IMG/VR virus record: IMGVR_UViG_3300028581_000020
Location: 1 to 64,000 of that record
Length of the DNA: 64,000 bases
Source: a virus
Reading direction: 5' to 3' (one strand)
Of this stretch, positions 7,989 through 17,628 are shown in pieces (position 1 is the stretch's first letter; every line of letters starts with the position of its first letter). A program made the translations under genes and the position numbers. The notes beneath the pieces were generated by a model. That model searched no databases. It was given only the letters and a program-made list of their open reading frames with translations, and was not told where the DNA came from.

Positions 7989-9712
7989 ATCTCGAAGACC
8001 TAAAGAAACGTGGCGATGCTCCGGAATGGATGTCGCCTGAGAGTTTTTCTACCCTTTGTGGTGGGTACCTCCTACAAAATGAAACCCCCAAGGACGCGTG
8101 GAAACGTGTATCAGAAGCTTCAGCAAAGAAATTGAATCGACCCGATCTTGCGCCAAAATTCTTTGACGCCATTTGGAAAAACTGGCTGGCGTTGGCGAGC
8201 CCCGTGATGTCAAATATGGGAACAAGTCGCGGGTTACCCATAAGTTGTTTTGGGCAGCTTATTGGTGATAGTTTGTCTGATATTTTCATGGGTTATCACG
8301 AATCGGCAATGTTGTCAAAACACGGCGGCGGCATTGGAAAGTATTGGGGTGACGTTCGTGGTCGCGGAACTCCCATTGGTCTTAATGGCGTCTCTGAAGG
8401 CGTCATTCCCTGGCTAAAGAATGAAGACGCTAACATCTCTTCTGTATCGCAAGGTGGTGTTCGTCGTGGCGCTTCTGCAAATTACCTCCCTGTATGGCAT
8501 CCCGACATTGAGGAATTCATTGACATCCGTCGTCAAACCGGGGAAGATTCTCGCCGCGCTCGTTCCACACAATTTCACCACGCTGTCGTTTGCGACGACG
8601 ATTTTATGAAGGCAATCAAAACCGGGGATAAATCCAAGCGAAAGCTATGGAGCAGTATTCTGCGTACAAGGACAGAAATGGGCGAGCCCTATCTCATGTT
8701 CTCAGATAATGCAAATAATCAAGCCCCAAAATGGTATAAAGATCAAGGCTTGGTTATTAAAACCTCGCAACTCTGTAACGAATTGTTTCTATTCAACGAC
8801 GAAAATCACACATTTGTATGCTGTCTTTCCAGTCTTAATGTCGCTAAATTTGACGAATGGAAGAATACAGACCTTGTAGAACTCGCCACATATTTCCTAG
8901 ATGGCGTAATGCAAGAATTCATTGACAAGGCAAAAGGCATCTCAGGCTTTGAGAAAGCTGTTAGATTCTCAGAGAAGAGCCGAGCTTTAGGTTTAGGCGT
9001 CCTAGGATGGCACACATTGCTTCAAAATAAAGGCATTCCCTTCGACTCCTTCGATGCTATGATGCTCAATAGAGACGTGTTCTCGCTCATCCAAAGGGAA
9101 TCTGTGAAGGCTTCTCAGAAGATGGCGACAGAATACGGAGAACCTGAATGGCTAAAGGGCTATGGTATGCGTAATTCGCATCTCCAAGCCGTGGCCCCAA
9201 CAATGAGTAATGCTCTCATTTCCGGAGGAGTTTCCCAAGGTATCGAGCCTATTGTAGCCAATGTTTACGCCCAAAAGACGGCCAAGGGGGTGTTTCTGCG
9301 AAAGAATCCCGCTCTTGCCGCTATTCTAGAAGCTAAAGGTAAGAACAATATTGACGTTTGGAATAAAATTAATAGTGATAAAGGCTCTGTTAAGAATCTG
9401 GATTTCCTATCCCAAGATGAAAAGGAAGTCTTTAAAACTGCTAGGGAAATCAACCAATTCGCCCTAGTTCGACAAGCTGCACAGCGGCAAAAGTTCATTG
9501 ATAATGGACAATCACTAAACCTTTTCTTCACAATTCCCGAAGATGTTGGTGATACAGAACTCAAGAAGAAGTTAGGAAAATATATTCACGAAGTTCATTA
9601 TGAAGCTTGGCAAACGGGTTTAAAAGGTCTATATTACCTTAGAGCCGAATCACCATTACGAGGAGATGCTATTTATCATGAAGAATCCGACTGCCGGAGT
9701 TGCGAAGGTTAA
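7985..9712 (+). CDS. nrdA: Ribonucleotide reductase class Ia alpha subunit
   Basis: PISCF, GGGIG, QGGVRRGA, SQLCNE, VCCLSS, APT, GLYYLR and C-terminal CxxC. Confidence 0.95.
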   Translation: MNLEDLKKRGDAPEWMSPESFSTLCGGYLLQNETPKDAWKRVSEASAKKLNRPDLAPKFFDAIWKNWLALASPVMSNMGTSRGLPISCFGQLIGDSLSDIFMGYHESAMLSKHGGGIGKYWGDVRGRGTPIGLNGVSEGVIPWLKNEDANISSVSQGGVRRGASANYLPVWHPDIEEFIDIRRQTGEDSRRARSTQFHHAVVCDDDFMKAIKTGDKSKRKLWSSILRTRTEMGEPYLMFSDNANNQAPKWYKDQGLVIKTSQLCNELFLFNDENHTFVCCLSSLNVAKFDEWKNTDLVELATYFLDGVMQEFIDKAKGISGFEKAVRFSEKSRALGLGVLGWHTLLQNKGIPFDSFDAMMLNRDVFSLIQRESVKASQKMATEYGEPEWLKGYGMRNSHLQAVAPTMSNALISGGVSQGIEPIVANVYAQKTAKGVFLRKNPALAAILEAKGKNNIDVWNKINSDKGSVKNLDFLSQDEKEVFKTAREINQFALVRQAAQRQKFIDNGQSLNLFFTIPEDVGDTELKKKLGKYIHEVHYEAWQTGLKGLYYLRAESPLRGDAIYHEESDCRSCEG

Positions 9713-9787
9713 TTTCCCTATCAATATATTACTACCAGAATCAAATCTTTAGAAATATCCCAAGAATTACAGGACATATTGAAATGA
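9713..9787 (+). pseudogene. Orphan tag remnant in frame behind the nrdA stop
   Basis: FPYQYITTRIKSLEISQELQDILK*, with no ATG/GTG/TTG ahead of the tag. Confidence 0.65.
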
Positions 9788-10032
9788 AATATAAAGTTGG
9801 AGATGTTTTTTATGCAAAATGGCCAAAATATGGTCATGTTTGGAAAATTGAAGTAATTGGTAAAAGAGGAAGATCTAACGCCACGATAGTAGATCCCGCA
9901 AAAACTGATTGGAAGCTCGGTGAAACTATTAAAAATTCCAACGCTAAACTATTTTCTATCGACGAAGGGTGGATTCATATCCCAGCTAAAGAATTTGACG
10001 TTTTAGACGAAGTGAAAGATCTTCTCGCGTGA
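9784..10032 (+). CDS. Small tagged protein
   Basis: MKYKVGDVF... and ends KEFDVLDEVKDLLA*. Confidence 0.85.
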   Translation: MKYKVGDVFYAKWPKYGHVWKIEVIGKRGRSNATIVDPAKTDWKLGETIKNSNAKLFSIDEGWIHIPAKEFDVLDEVKDLLA

Positions 10033-10280
10033 TTTTAAAACGTGGCCATGTTGAAGTTGGTCGGACGTATAAATATGTCGGCTCTCGTTATGGTTTTGAT
10101 ACGGTCGAAGTGACGAGAATACTATTAAAAGACGATATTGTCGGAAATTATAAATACGGGGAAGTAATTTGGCGAGATTTGTCGCTAAGCTTTTATGATC
10201 CCCTAGATGATTTAAAAGATCTTGTTGACATCACAAAAGAGATTGAGGTAAACTCTGAGGTGAAGGATTTATTGAAGTGA
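10029..10280 (+). CDS. Small tagged protein (paralog of 25822)
   Basis: Ends KEIEVNSEVKDLLK*. Confidence 0.85.
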   Translation: MILKRGHVEVGRTYKYVGSRYGFDTVEVTRILLKDDIVGNYKYGEVIWRDLSLSFYDPLDDLKDLVDITKEIEVNSEVKDLLK

Positions 10281-10531
10281 CTAAACCCGAAATTGGAAGA
10301 TTATATCAATGGCAACCAGACGTAAGAAATACAGCAGACATTGCCAAAGAAAATAAAGACAGAGTATTCAAATTCACTAAAGTCGGACCAAAACTATGGG
10401 CATATGAGTATTTAGATGAAAACTATTCTTTTGAATACGATATGGAAGATTATCCAGATAGATTTGATTATTTAATTGACGTGACAAAAGAAATTGAAAT
10501 ACAAGACGAAGTGAAAGAGCTACTTAAATGA
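10277..10531 (+). CDS. Small tagged protein
   Basis: Ends KEIEIQDEVKELLK*. Confidence 0.85.
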   Translation: MTKPEIGRLYQWQPDVRNTADIAKENKDRVFKFTKVGPKLWAYEYLDENYSFEYDMEDYPDRFDYLIDVTKEIEIQDEVKELLK

Positions 10532-12738
10532 GCACATTCAAAGTTCCCGTCACAACTATTCGTGAAGTATTCGTGCATCCAAATGCCGATTTGCTTGAAA
10601 TTGTCAAGGTGTACGATTGGAATGTGGTCGTTTCTAAAGGTAAATATAAAGCTGGAGATAAAGTCGTTTATGTTCCAGTTGACAGTATTCTTCCCCTAGA
10701 TTTAGAAGAAAAGATCTTTCCCGTAGGATCGAAGGTAAAGCTTAAGAACCATAGAATTCGAACAATCAAACTTCGTAAAGCTATTTCCCAAGGAATGATT
10801 CTTGCTATGGAATTTCTTCCTGAGGCAAATTATAAAGAAGAACAGGACGTATCGACAATCCTCGGCATTACAAAATACGAAGAGCAGGAACTCCCCGAGA
10901 GCATGAAATTGAAGGGCGCAAAATCCAAGAAGAAGGGAAATCCCAACTTCAAGAAATATACAGATATTGAGAATTTCAAATATTATGACCGAGTTTTCCA
11001 AGATGGGGAACTGGTTTATATTTCGGAGAAGCTGCATGGATGTCTAAGAAATAATACGAAAATCACGTTGACAAACGGAGATACTAAAACTATTCAAGAC
11101 ATCGTTGATAATAAACTGGAAGTTGAAGTTTGGGGAATTGATAACGATTCTCAAAAACTTATTCCGACTAAAGTTGTCAATTGGTTTAATAACGGAATTT
11201 CACACGACTGGCTAAATATTCGAATGACACGAAGTCGAATGGGCCGGGGAAATAGTTTTGCGGCAATTGACGTTACCCCAAATCATCAATTCTATAATCC
11301 AAATACAAAGCAATATGTCGCTGCCGGGAATCTCAAAGTCGGCGATTCTGTTTTGTATTATCGAAATGATAGACAAGTTAGCTACGTTCAAGAACAAATC
11401 CTTATTGGAAAAATGTTAGGGGACGCATCTTATAATAAAAGTACCAATATTGTCACCTTTGGCCAGAAAGAACTTCACGAAGATTATCTTGACGAGACTT
11501 TAAAAAATCTAGGAGATGTCGGTGGAAACCGAAGCAAAAATCAACAATCCGGATACGGAACGACAATGTGTCGCGGCAATACTAACTCGCTATTAAAATT
11601 CAATGACCTATTTTTGGATTGGATTTCGGGAACACAAAAGGTTGTTCCGGCGTCCATTGCCAATAAATTAGGACCAATCGCCCTAGCATATTGGTATATG
11701 GATGACGGCTCTTTGTCGTCTGTCGAAGGTCAAGAAGACAGGGCCGCGTTTGCTACTTGCGGCTTTGATGAAGCCTCTATTGATAATTTGGTTACTGGAC
11801 TTAATAATGTTGGAATTTCTCCTATCAAATATCAAGCCGATGGATATTGGAGATTACGATTAAATGCAGACGAAGCTGAAAAACTTTTTGTCTTGATTTC
11901 TCCATATGTGGTCCCTTGTATGCGCTATAAATTGCCAGAAAGATATAGAAATTGCACAGTCACAGATGTTATTCAAAAAAGTTCGCAGTATAAGCCTAAG
12001 CTTGTCGAACAAAAAATTATTGGGATTACCCCTATCCAAAACCATAAATCTAAAAATAACACTAGATACGATATAGAAACCGAATGTCACAATTTCATAG
12101 CCGATGGGGTTGTTGTTCATAACTCGTCCTTCCGCGCTGGTTGGTTTAAAAATGCTCCCGACACACTCTGGAAGAAAATCCTATTCCTATTTGGCGCTCT
12201 TCCAGAATGGGAATTCTGTTGGGGATCGCGAAATGTGCAAATTCAAAGCAAGCTGTTAAAAAAACATTCCGGGGCAAAGATCGAATCCCAAGGCGTCGAT
12301 TTTGGCGATGTTTATACAAAGATGGTCGATCAATATTCTCTTCGTGAAAACATTCCTAAAGGCTTTTCTGTATATGGTGAAATTGTCGGGCCTGGAATTC
12401 AACGTAATTATGCATATGGATGCGCAAATGGCGAACATAAGCTCTTTGTATACGACATTATGGACGAGCATGGGAAATGGCTTGACTATCCTAGATTCAA
12501 GCGCTGTGTGGCAAATTGGGGCTTAGAGAGGGTCCCTGAGTTGTATGTAGGTCCTTTCTCTAAATCTGTTGTCGAAGAACATCGGGAAGGGGATTCGACC
12601 ATTGGCGGACAAAAAGTCCGGGAAGGCGTCGTTGTTAAACCTCTGGTTGAACGACAAACGCCCTCTCTCGGTCGCCTTGTATTGAAAGCCATTTCCGAGG
12701 CTTATTATCTCAATAAAGATAATACAGAATTCCACTAA
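10528..12738 (+). CDS. ATP-dependent RNA ligase (Rnl2/DRB0094-like, N-terminal OB domain) interrupted by an intein
   Basis: HPNADLLE OB-fold start, motif I SEKLHG, GSRN, YGEIVG, REGVVVK, LKAIS. Confidence 0.85.
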   Translation: MSTFKVPVTTIREVFVHPNADLLEIVKVYDWNVVVSKGKYKAGDKVVYVPVDSILPLDLEEKIFPVGSKVKLKNHRIRTIKLRKAISQGMILAMEFLPEANYKEEQDVSTILGITKYEEQELPESMKLKGAKSKKKGNPNFKKYTDIENFKYYDRVFQDGELVYISEKLHGCLRNNTKITLTNGDTKTIQDIVDNKLEVEVWGIDNDSQKLIPTKVVNWFNNGISHDWLNIRMTRSRMGRGNSFAAIDVTPNHQFYNPNTKQYVAAGNLKVGDSVLYYRNDRQVSYVQEQILIGKMLGDASYNKSTNIVTFGQKELHEDYLDETLKNLGDVGGNRSKNQQSGYGTTMCRGNTNSLLKFNDLFLDWISGTQKVVPASIANKLGPIALAYWYMDDGSLSSVEGQEDRAAFATCGFDEASIDNLVTGLNNVGISPIKYQADGYWRLRLNADEAEKLFVLISPYVVPCMRYKLPERYRNCTVTDVIQKSSQYKPKLVEQKIIGITPIQNHKSKNNTRYDIETECHNFIADGVVVHNSSFRAGWFKNAPDTLWKKILFLFGALPEWEFCWGSRNVQIQSKLLKKHSGAKIESQGVDFGDVYTKMVDQYSLRENIPKGFSVYGEIVGPGIQRNYAYGCANGEHKLFVYDIMDEHGKWLDYPRFKRCVANWGLERVPELYVGPFSKSVVEEHREGDSTIGGQKVREGVVVKPLVERQTPSLGRLVLKAISEAYYLNKDNTEFH
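11041..12123 (+). mobile_element. Intein (361 aa) with LAGLIDADG homing endonuclease
   Basis: Starts CLRNNT, block B VTPNHQF, LIGKMLGDA and LAYWYMDDG, ends YDIETECHNFIADGVVVHN followed by Ser+1. Confidence 0.92.
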
Positions 12739-12950
12739 TGTCGCTTATTACACGGGAATATTATAAGTGTCTTTGTGGCTGTAAAGACATTTGTGAAGTT
12801 TTACAAATAGAAGACCCAAACTACTTTATTCGATAGGATCGAACTAAGATTATAGAACTTTGGTATGCTGGATCTGATTGTTTTGAACATCTCCCCAACT
12901 ACAAAAAATCAAAAGTCATTGACAAAGAGTTAAAAAAGCTGTTAGAATAG
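12738..12950 (+). pseudogene. Tagged small gene with an internal TAG at 12834-12836
   Basis: MSLITREYYKCLCGC...YFIR*DRTK...HLPNYKKSKVIDKELKKLLE*. Confidence 0.75.
12919..12948 (+). promoter_or_regulatory. Sigma70-like promoter inside tag-coding DNA
   Basis: TTGACA-N18-TAGAAT with TGn. Next ATG at 12957. Confidence 0.6.
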
Positions 12951-12956
12951 ATTCAA

Positions 12957-13196
12957 ATGATCGAAGTTGGGCAAGTTCGTGAGTGGATTTTAGGCTCTGG
13001 TATAAACGCCAATACTAACCACCATTTAGGACCATTTAAAATCACAGCAATATCCAATGATCGAGTATATTATACCTATATAAATTTTCTTATAGAAAGA
13101 ACAGATTTGTATAGGCCAGCATCAGAACTTGAAGCCGAATCTGGTATTTGTAAATCATACATTATTAATCAAGAAGTAAAGGATCTATTATTTTGA
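12957..13196 (+). CDS. Small tagged protein
   Basis: Ends KSYIINQEVKDLLF*. Confidence 0.85.
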   Translation: MIEVGQVREWILGSGINANTNHHLGPFKITAISNDRVYYTYINFLIERTDLYRPASELEAESGICKSYIINQEVKDLLF

Positions 13197-14155
13197 CTCT
13201 CCTTTCGACAAGAACCTCGTATTCTCCCATCCTTTATCCCAAAGCGCAAGAATTCAATGAAGCTCAGCGTTCTGTATTCTGGCTTCCAAATGAAATCCCT
13301 ATGGGTAAAGACATCCAAGATTGGAAGATGAATTTGACGACAAACGAACAACAAGTTGTTGGTCATATTCTAAAAGGCTTTGTTATTACAGAAACTTTCG
13401 TTTCAGATTTTTATTCGTCTAAAGTTGCTCGCTGGTTCAAGCATCCAGAAATCCAACGCATGTCCGCAACTTTCTCAGCATTTGAAGGCATTCATGCCGA
13501 AAGCTACGCCCGGCTTAATGAAAACCTGGGACTCCTAGACTTTGACGCTTTTCTCCACGAACCGACAGCAAAAGCCAAGATTGACCGATTGATGAACACA
13601 AAAGGCAATGGCAAAGCCGACATTGCTCGTCAATTGGCCATTTTCTCAGCATTCACAGAAGGCGTCAATTTGTTCTCATCTTTCGCCGTTCTTCTTTCCT
13701 TCTCAAAGCGAAACCTGCTAATGGGAGTTGGAAAGATCATTGAATTTAGTATTCGTGACGAATCCCTCCATTCCCGCGCTGGTTGTTGGCTTTTCAATGA
13801 ATTTATTAAGGAATATCCAGAGATTTGGACGGACGAATTGAAGAAGGAAATTTATGAAGCCGCGCGCCTGACAATCGAGCTGGAAGACAATTTTATTGAG
13901 AAGGCTTTCGAAGGTGGGAACATTGAAGGTCTCGATCCCAAGGACTTGAAAATGTATATCCGATACAGGGCTAATTCAAAGCTTCAAGAACTAGGACTAA
14001 AGAGCAATTGGAAAAACATTGACAAGGACGCATTAAATCGTCTACAATGGTTTGACGTTATGTCTCAAGGAGTAAATTTACAAGATTTCTTCGCAGGGAG
14101 AGTTTCGGAATACGCCCGTTCTGGAGCAGATTTCGACGATATTTATGAAGATTGA
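13193..14155 (+). CDS. nrdB: Ribonucleotide reductase beta subunit
   Basis: FWLPNEI, EGIHAESY, EGVNLFSSF, RDESLH, DFF. Confidence 0.95.
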   Translation: MTLLSTRTSYSPILYPKAQEFNEAQRSVFWLPNEIPMGKDIQDWKMNLTTNEQQVVGHILKGFVITETFVSDFYSSKVARWFKHPEIQRMSATFSAFEGIHAESYARLNENLGLLDFDAFLHEPTAKAKIDRLMNTKGNGKADIARQLAIFSAFTEGVNLFSSFAVLLSFSKRNLLMGVGKIIEFSIRDESLHSRAGCWLFNEFIKEYPEIWTDELKKEIYEAARLTIELEDNFIEKAFEGGNIEGLDPKDLKMYIRYRANSKLQELGLKSNWKNIDKDALNRLQWFDVMSQGVNLQDFFAGRVSEYARSGADFDDIYED

Positions 14156-14375
14156 AGAATTTGATATTGGTGATTATTTTGTAGCAGAAGAAGCCGCCGG
14201 TCCAGCGTTTTATCACCGCTTAGTTTGTAAAACCCCAGTTATTACCGATAGGTTTTGGATCAAAGGTGATCACGTAGAGGACACTAATTACAAATGGAGA
14301 AATTCAGATAATTGGGGATTTTATCCATATAAAGCGCCACAAATTAAACAGGAAGTGAAAGACTTGCTGTCATGA
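14145..14375 (+). CDS. Small tagged protein
   Basis: Ends KAPQIKQEVKDLLS*. Confidence 0.85.
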   Translation: MKIEEFDIGDYFVAEEAAGPAFYHRLVCKTPVITDRFWIKGDHVEDTNYKWRNSDNWGFYPYKAPQIKQEVKDLLS

Positions 14376-14653
14376 AATTCCAAGTTGGCGATATTTGCGG
14401 GTTTAACCAATTATATGACAATGCTCATCCCGAAAAATACGACTTAGTATACGAAATTTTAGAGGTTATTGACAATGGATACAAAGCTCAATTTTTAGAA
14501 GACAATATCGAAGATTCTTTTGCGGGAAATCGAGTAGAAGACTCCCCAGCATTTTATCCTCAAGAAACCAATCTCATTACTTCAGGATTTTTTCTCCCTG
14601 AATATACAAAGCGGATGAAAATCAACAAGGAAATAAAGGATCTCCTCGCTTGA
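14372..14653 (+). CDS. Small tagged protein
   Basis: MKFQVGD... and ends KRMKINKEIKDLLA*. Confidence 0.85.
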   Translation: MKFQVGDICGFNQLYDNAHPEKYDLVYEILEVIDNGYKAQFLEDNIEDSFAGNRVEDSPAFYPQETNLITSGFFLPEYTKRMKINKEIKDLLA

Positions 14654-14940
14654 GAAAAAAGAAAACATCCATGTTCTTTAAAACCTTCGCCGGTAGTTTC
14701 CTCAATATCTATACGTCTTTACAAACTGCTCAAAGTGTTGAATCCGAAGAAGGAACCGCGCATAGCGATACTCCATTGGTATTCCAAGGATATTTACTTG
14801 ACAAAGACGATGAATACTATTATCTTGGTAGCACCCCCGACGAAGTAAATTGTAGCATTCGTATTGACGAAGTTAAATTTGCTGTTGTTGCAAATGAAGA
14901 AACTAACGAAGACGTTCCTTCACGAAAGGATTTAAATTAG
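14650..14940 (+). CDS. Hypothetical protein, possible Sm/LSm-like fold
   Basis: FQGYLLDKDDEYYYLG...SIRIDEV pattern. Confidence 0.45.
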   Translation: MRKKKTSMFFKTFAGSFLNIYTSLQTAQSVESEEGTAHSDTPLVFQGYLLDKDDEYYYLGSTPDEVNCSIRIDEVKFAVVANEETNEDVPSRKDLN

Positions 14941-14941
14941 T

Positions 14942-15382
14942 GTGAATGTGAAATCTTGGAAACAATGGGTAATGGAAAATGCAGTAGAAGTCCAAGATGG
15001 ATTTATTATGGAATTTGCATTACCCAATGAACTAAAAAATTGGAATTATTGGGCATTAACTGAAGACGCTGTAATTGCTCGTAGGAAAAAAGCTCTGTTT
15101 GTTAAAACTACTGGGAATGTAATTCCTTGTAAGCAATACGCTGTTAAATTGTGGGTGATTTTCCAATCTAAAATAAACACTAGAGAATTTCATATTCCGG
15201 AAAAGAAACTAGACAAAGCTTCACGTCCTCCTGGAACTTGGCTAACAAAAGAAGCCGCCATTAAAGAATTTGTTCGCCTTAATAAAGAAAAGATTCGGAA
15301 TTGGCAAAAAAATATCAGCGATACAGAAGCCCTTATTAAACCCTACGAGGTCCAATTAGAACTGGGAGAACTTCTGTCATGA
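14942..15382 (+). CDS. Tagged protein, 146 aa, degenerate tag
   Basis: Ends KPYEVQLELGELLS*. Confidence 0.75.
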   Translation: MNVKSWKQWVMENAVEVQDGFIMEFALPNELKNWNYWALTEDAVIARRKKALFVKTTGNVIPCKQYAVKLWVIFQSKINTREFHIPEKKLDKASRPPGTWLTKEAAIKEFVRLNKEKIRNWQKNISDTEALIKPYEVQLELGELLS

Positions 15383-16488
15383 AGCTTTCACATTCCGCCG
15401 TTAGTAAATTTCAGGACTGTCCTAAAGCATTTGATTATCATTATAATCAAGGCCTTCGATCAACAAAACAATCCGCCGCTCTTTCCTTTGGAACTGCCGT
15501 TGACAAAGCAATCGGACAACTTTTAGAACCAAAAAACTCTTCTAGCTATGTTGACGTTTTTATTAAAACGTGGGAAACACAAGAAGTCAATAAAGTAGAT
15601 ACGTACCTGCCAATCTGTACGGACATTGTTTATGCTAATACAGATTTTGATGACGAGCTTTTGACTGCCGAAGATTGGCGATCTTTAATGAAGATTGTCT
15701 CCGATGCAACAAATTCTCCCCCATTGGGATCTGCCGCTTTGATGCAAGCCATTGACAAAGTGCGCAAAGAAAAGGAACGCGTCGGATTTTCAAACCTGCC
15801 GAAAAACGATCAGAAGCTATTCAATGCCGCAAACTGGCAATGTTTGTACAGAAAAGGCATTATTATGCTCGAATCTTTCAAAAAGAAGATTCTTCCTAAT
15901 ATTAAGAAAGTTTACAATACACAAGAAGAGGTTAAACTCGAAAACGAAGACGGCGATACTGTCGTTGGATTTATTGACCTAATTTGCGAATACAAAGATC
16001 ACGAAGAACCTATTGTATTTGACATTAAAACTTCAGCTAGGCAATATGAGGAATCCGCCGTATTAACTAGCCCGCAACTATCGTTGTATCTTCATTCGGT
16101 CTCGGACAAATACAAAACCAGAAAAGCTGGCTATATTGTATTCTCTAAGCAAATCCTTAAGAACAAGGAAAAGACTTGTTCGAAGTGTGGTAATGACGGT
16201 TCTGGCGCTCGCCATACGACGTGTAATGCGATAATTGAGGACCAAAGGTGTCATGGTGAATGGGAAATTAAAATTCGTCCTGAGGCGTTTATTCAAGTTC
16301 TAGTAAATGAAATTCCTTCAAGACTAGAAGACATTGTTCTTGATAATTATGACCAAATTAATAAGGCTATTAAAGCTGGAAACTTCCCTAGAAATTTTTC
16401 TTCTTGTATTAAATATAATGGGGCTGTAAAATGCCCTTTTTATGACGTTTGCTATAAAAATGATTTTTCAGATGTTGTTAAGAAATGA
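15379..16488 (+). CDS. PD-(D/E)xK exonuclease, AddB/Cas4-like
   Basis: LSHS...CP, GFIDL, DIKTS, QLSLY, C-terminal Cys cluster, inserted CSKC...C finger. Confidence 0.85.
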   Translation: MKLSHSAVSKFQDCPKAFDYHYNQGLRSTKQSAALSFGTAVDKAIGQLLEPKNSSSYVDVFIKTWETQEVNKVDTYLPICTDIVYANTDFDDELLTAEDWRSLMKIVSDATNSPPLGSAALMQAIDKVRKEKERVGFSNLPKNDQKLFNAANWQCLYRKGIIMLESFKKKILPNIKKVYNTQEEVKLENEDGDTVVGFIDLICEYKDHEEPIVFDIKTSARQYEESAVLTSPQLSLYLHSVSDKYKTRKAGYIVFSKQILKNKEKTCSKCGNDGSGARHTTCNAIIEDQRCHGEWEIKIRPEAFIQVLVNEIPSRLEDIVLDNYDQINKAIKAGNFPRNFSSCIKYNGAVKCPFYDVCYKNDFSDVVKK

Positions 16489-16712
16489 CTCGTTATAAAG
16501 TTCCGGAACGCGGTCGTCAAATATTGGGAACCACAGAGTTTTGGACTTTAGAGCGTGAATATGAGCTGTGCGACTTTGGAACAACTATCCCTAAAAAATA
16601 TTATAAATTTGTAGACGATAAAAATATTTCATATACACTAAACGAAGAGCAATATCTTCGTTGCTTTAAATCTGAAGAAATCAACAAGGAAGTGAAGGAT
16701 TTACTAGCATGA
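16485..16712 (+). CDS. Small tagged protein
   Basis: Ends KSEEINKEVKDLLA*. Confidence 0.85.
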   Translation: MTRYKVPERGRQILGTTEFWTLEREYELCDFGTTIPKKYYKFVDDKNISYTLNEEQYLRCFKSEEINKEVKDLLA

Positions 16713-17197
16713 GGATTGTTGAAAAATATTGTGTCGTTGATAAAAACGGAATGATTCAAGTAATGTCAAGCTATGGAAGCTCCTTTGGATCTTACGGATT
16801 GTCTGTTACAGATTATCGTTGGAAATATGTTCCTCAGGTTTTTAATACAGCGATGGAAGCTCAAATTGCTTCCCAATTAAAAGCATTCAATAATATCAAC
16901 TCTATGACGGCAAAAGTCAAGCTCTACGAAGTTGAATATACGAGAGTCAGAAAAGGCGTCATTGAACGTCAAACCGTCTGGCTTTCTAAGAAATCCGACG
17001 CGAAGCGAATCGACGAGCAATCAAAGAACGCCACAGAGAAGGCTCAGAAATACTGGAAACGTCGTTGTGAATATGCTAAAGCGTCCATTGAATATCATGA
17101 AAAGCTGACAACGAAAGTAAAAGAAAGTCTTGTTGTATTCGAAACTAAGGTTAAAGAATTTGATATTGACAAAGAAGTCAAAGATCTGTTAGCATAG
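16709..17197 (+). CDS. Tagged protein, 162 aa, helical C-half
   Basis: Ends KEFDIDKEVKDLLA*. Confidence 0.85.
   Translation: MRIVEKYCVVDKNGMIQVMSSYGSSFGSYGLSVTDYRWKYVPQVFNTAMEAQIASQLKAFNNINSMTAKVKLYEVEYTRVRKGVIERQTVWLSKKSDAKRIDEQSKNATEKAQKYWKRRCEYAKASIEYHEKLTTKVKESLVVFETKVKEFDIDKEVKDLLA
17166..17195 (+). promoter_or_regulatory. Sigma70-like promoter inside tag-coding DNA
   Basis: TTGACA-N18-TAGCAT with TGn. Next ATG at 17203 has no SD. Confidence 0.55.
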
Positions 17198-17202
17198 CTT
17201 TT

Positions 17203-17625
17203 ATGATTATCGTATTGTGCGGCATCCCCGGATCTGGCAAATCCACCATGTGTAAAACTAAATATTCTCAATACATCCGTATTTCTCAAGATCAATTGGG
17301 AACTCGGGAAGCTTGTATTAAGAAGGCCAACGAAGAGCTTCTTAAAAAGAACTCCGTAGTAATTGACCGCGCGAACGTTTCTAAACAACAGAGAAAATTC
17401 TGGATTGACTTGGCAAAGAAACGTGGAGTAGAATGTCATTGCGTCGTTCTTAAAACGCCAAAGGATGTTTGTATTGAGCGAGTTTTGGCTCGCAAAGATC
17501 ACGAAACTCTAGGACCTTCTGTCTCTAATGAGAAGAAAATCAAGGTTGTTGAGGATTTTAATAGGTCGTTCGAAACACCGGATTTAGACGAGGGATTTAA
17601 TGTCATTGAAATCACGTTTGGATAA
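17203..17625 (+). CDS. P-loop kinase, like the Pnkp 5'-kinase domain (AAA_33)
   Basis: GIPGSGKST, ISQD, VIDRAN, CIERVLAR. Confidence 0.8.
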   Translation: MIIVLCGIPGSGKSTMCKTKYSQYIRISQDQLGTREACIKKANEELLKKNSVVIDRANVSKQQRKFWIDLAKKRGVECHCVVLKTPKDVCIERVLARKDHETLGPSVSNEKKIKVVEDFNRSFETPDLDEGFNVIEITFG

Positions 17626-17628
17626 TAA

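Noticed and set aside
12834-12836. Genome-wide TAG recoding
   Set aside because: TAG ends tagged genes exactly at the motif end (12950, 17197, 28516, 32858), and long genes are intact under the standard code.
15379-16488. Cas4 implying a CRISPR system
   Set aside because: It is a solo PD-(D/E)xK exonuclease typical of phage recombination modules, with no array.
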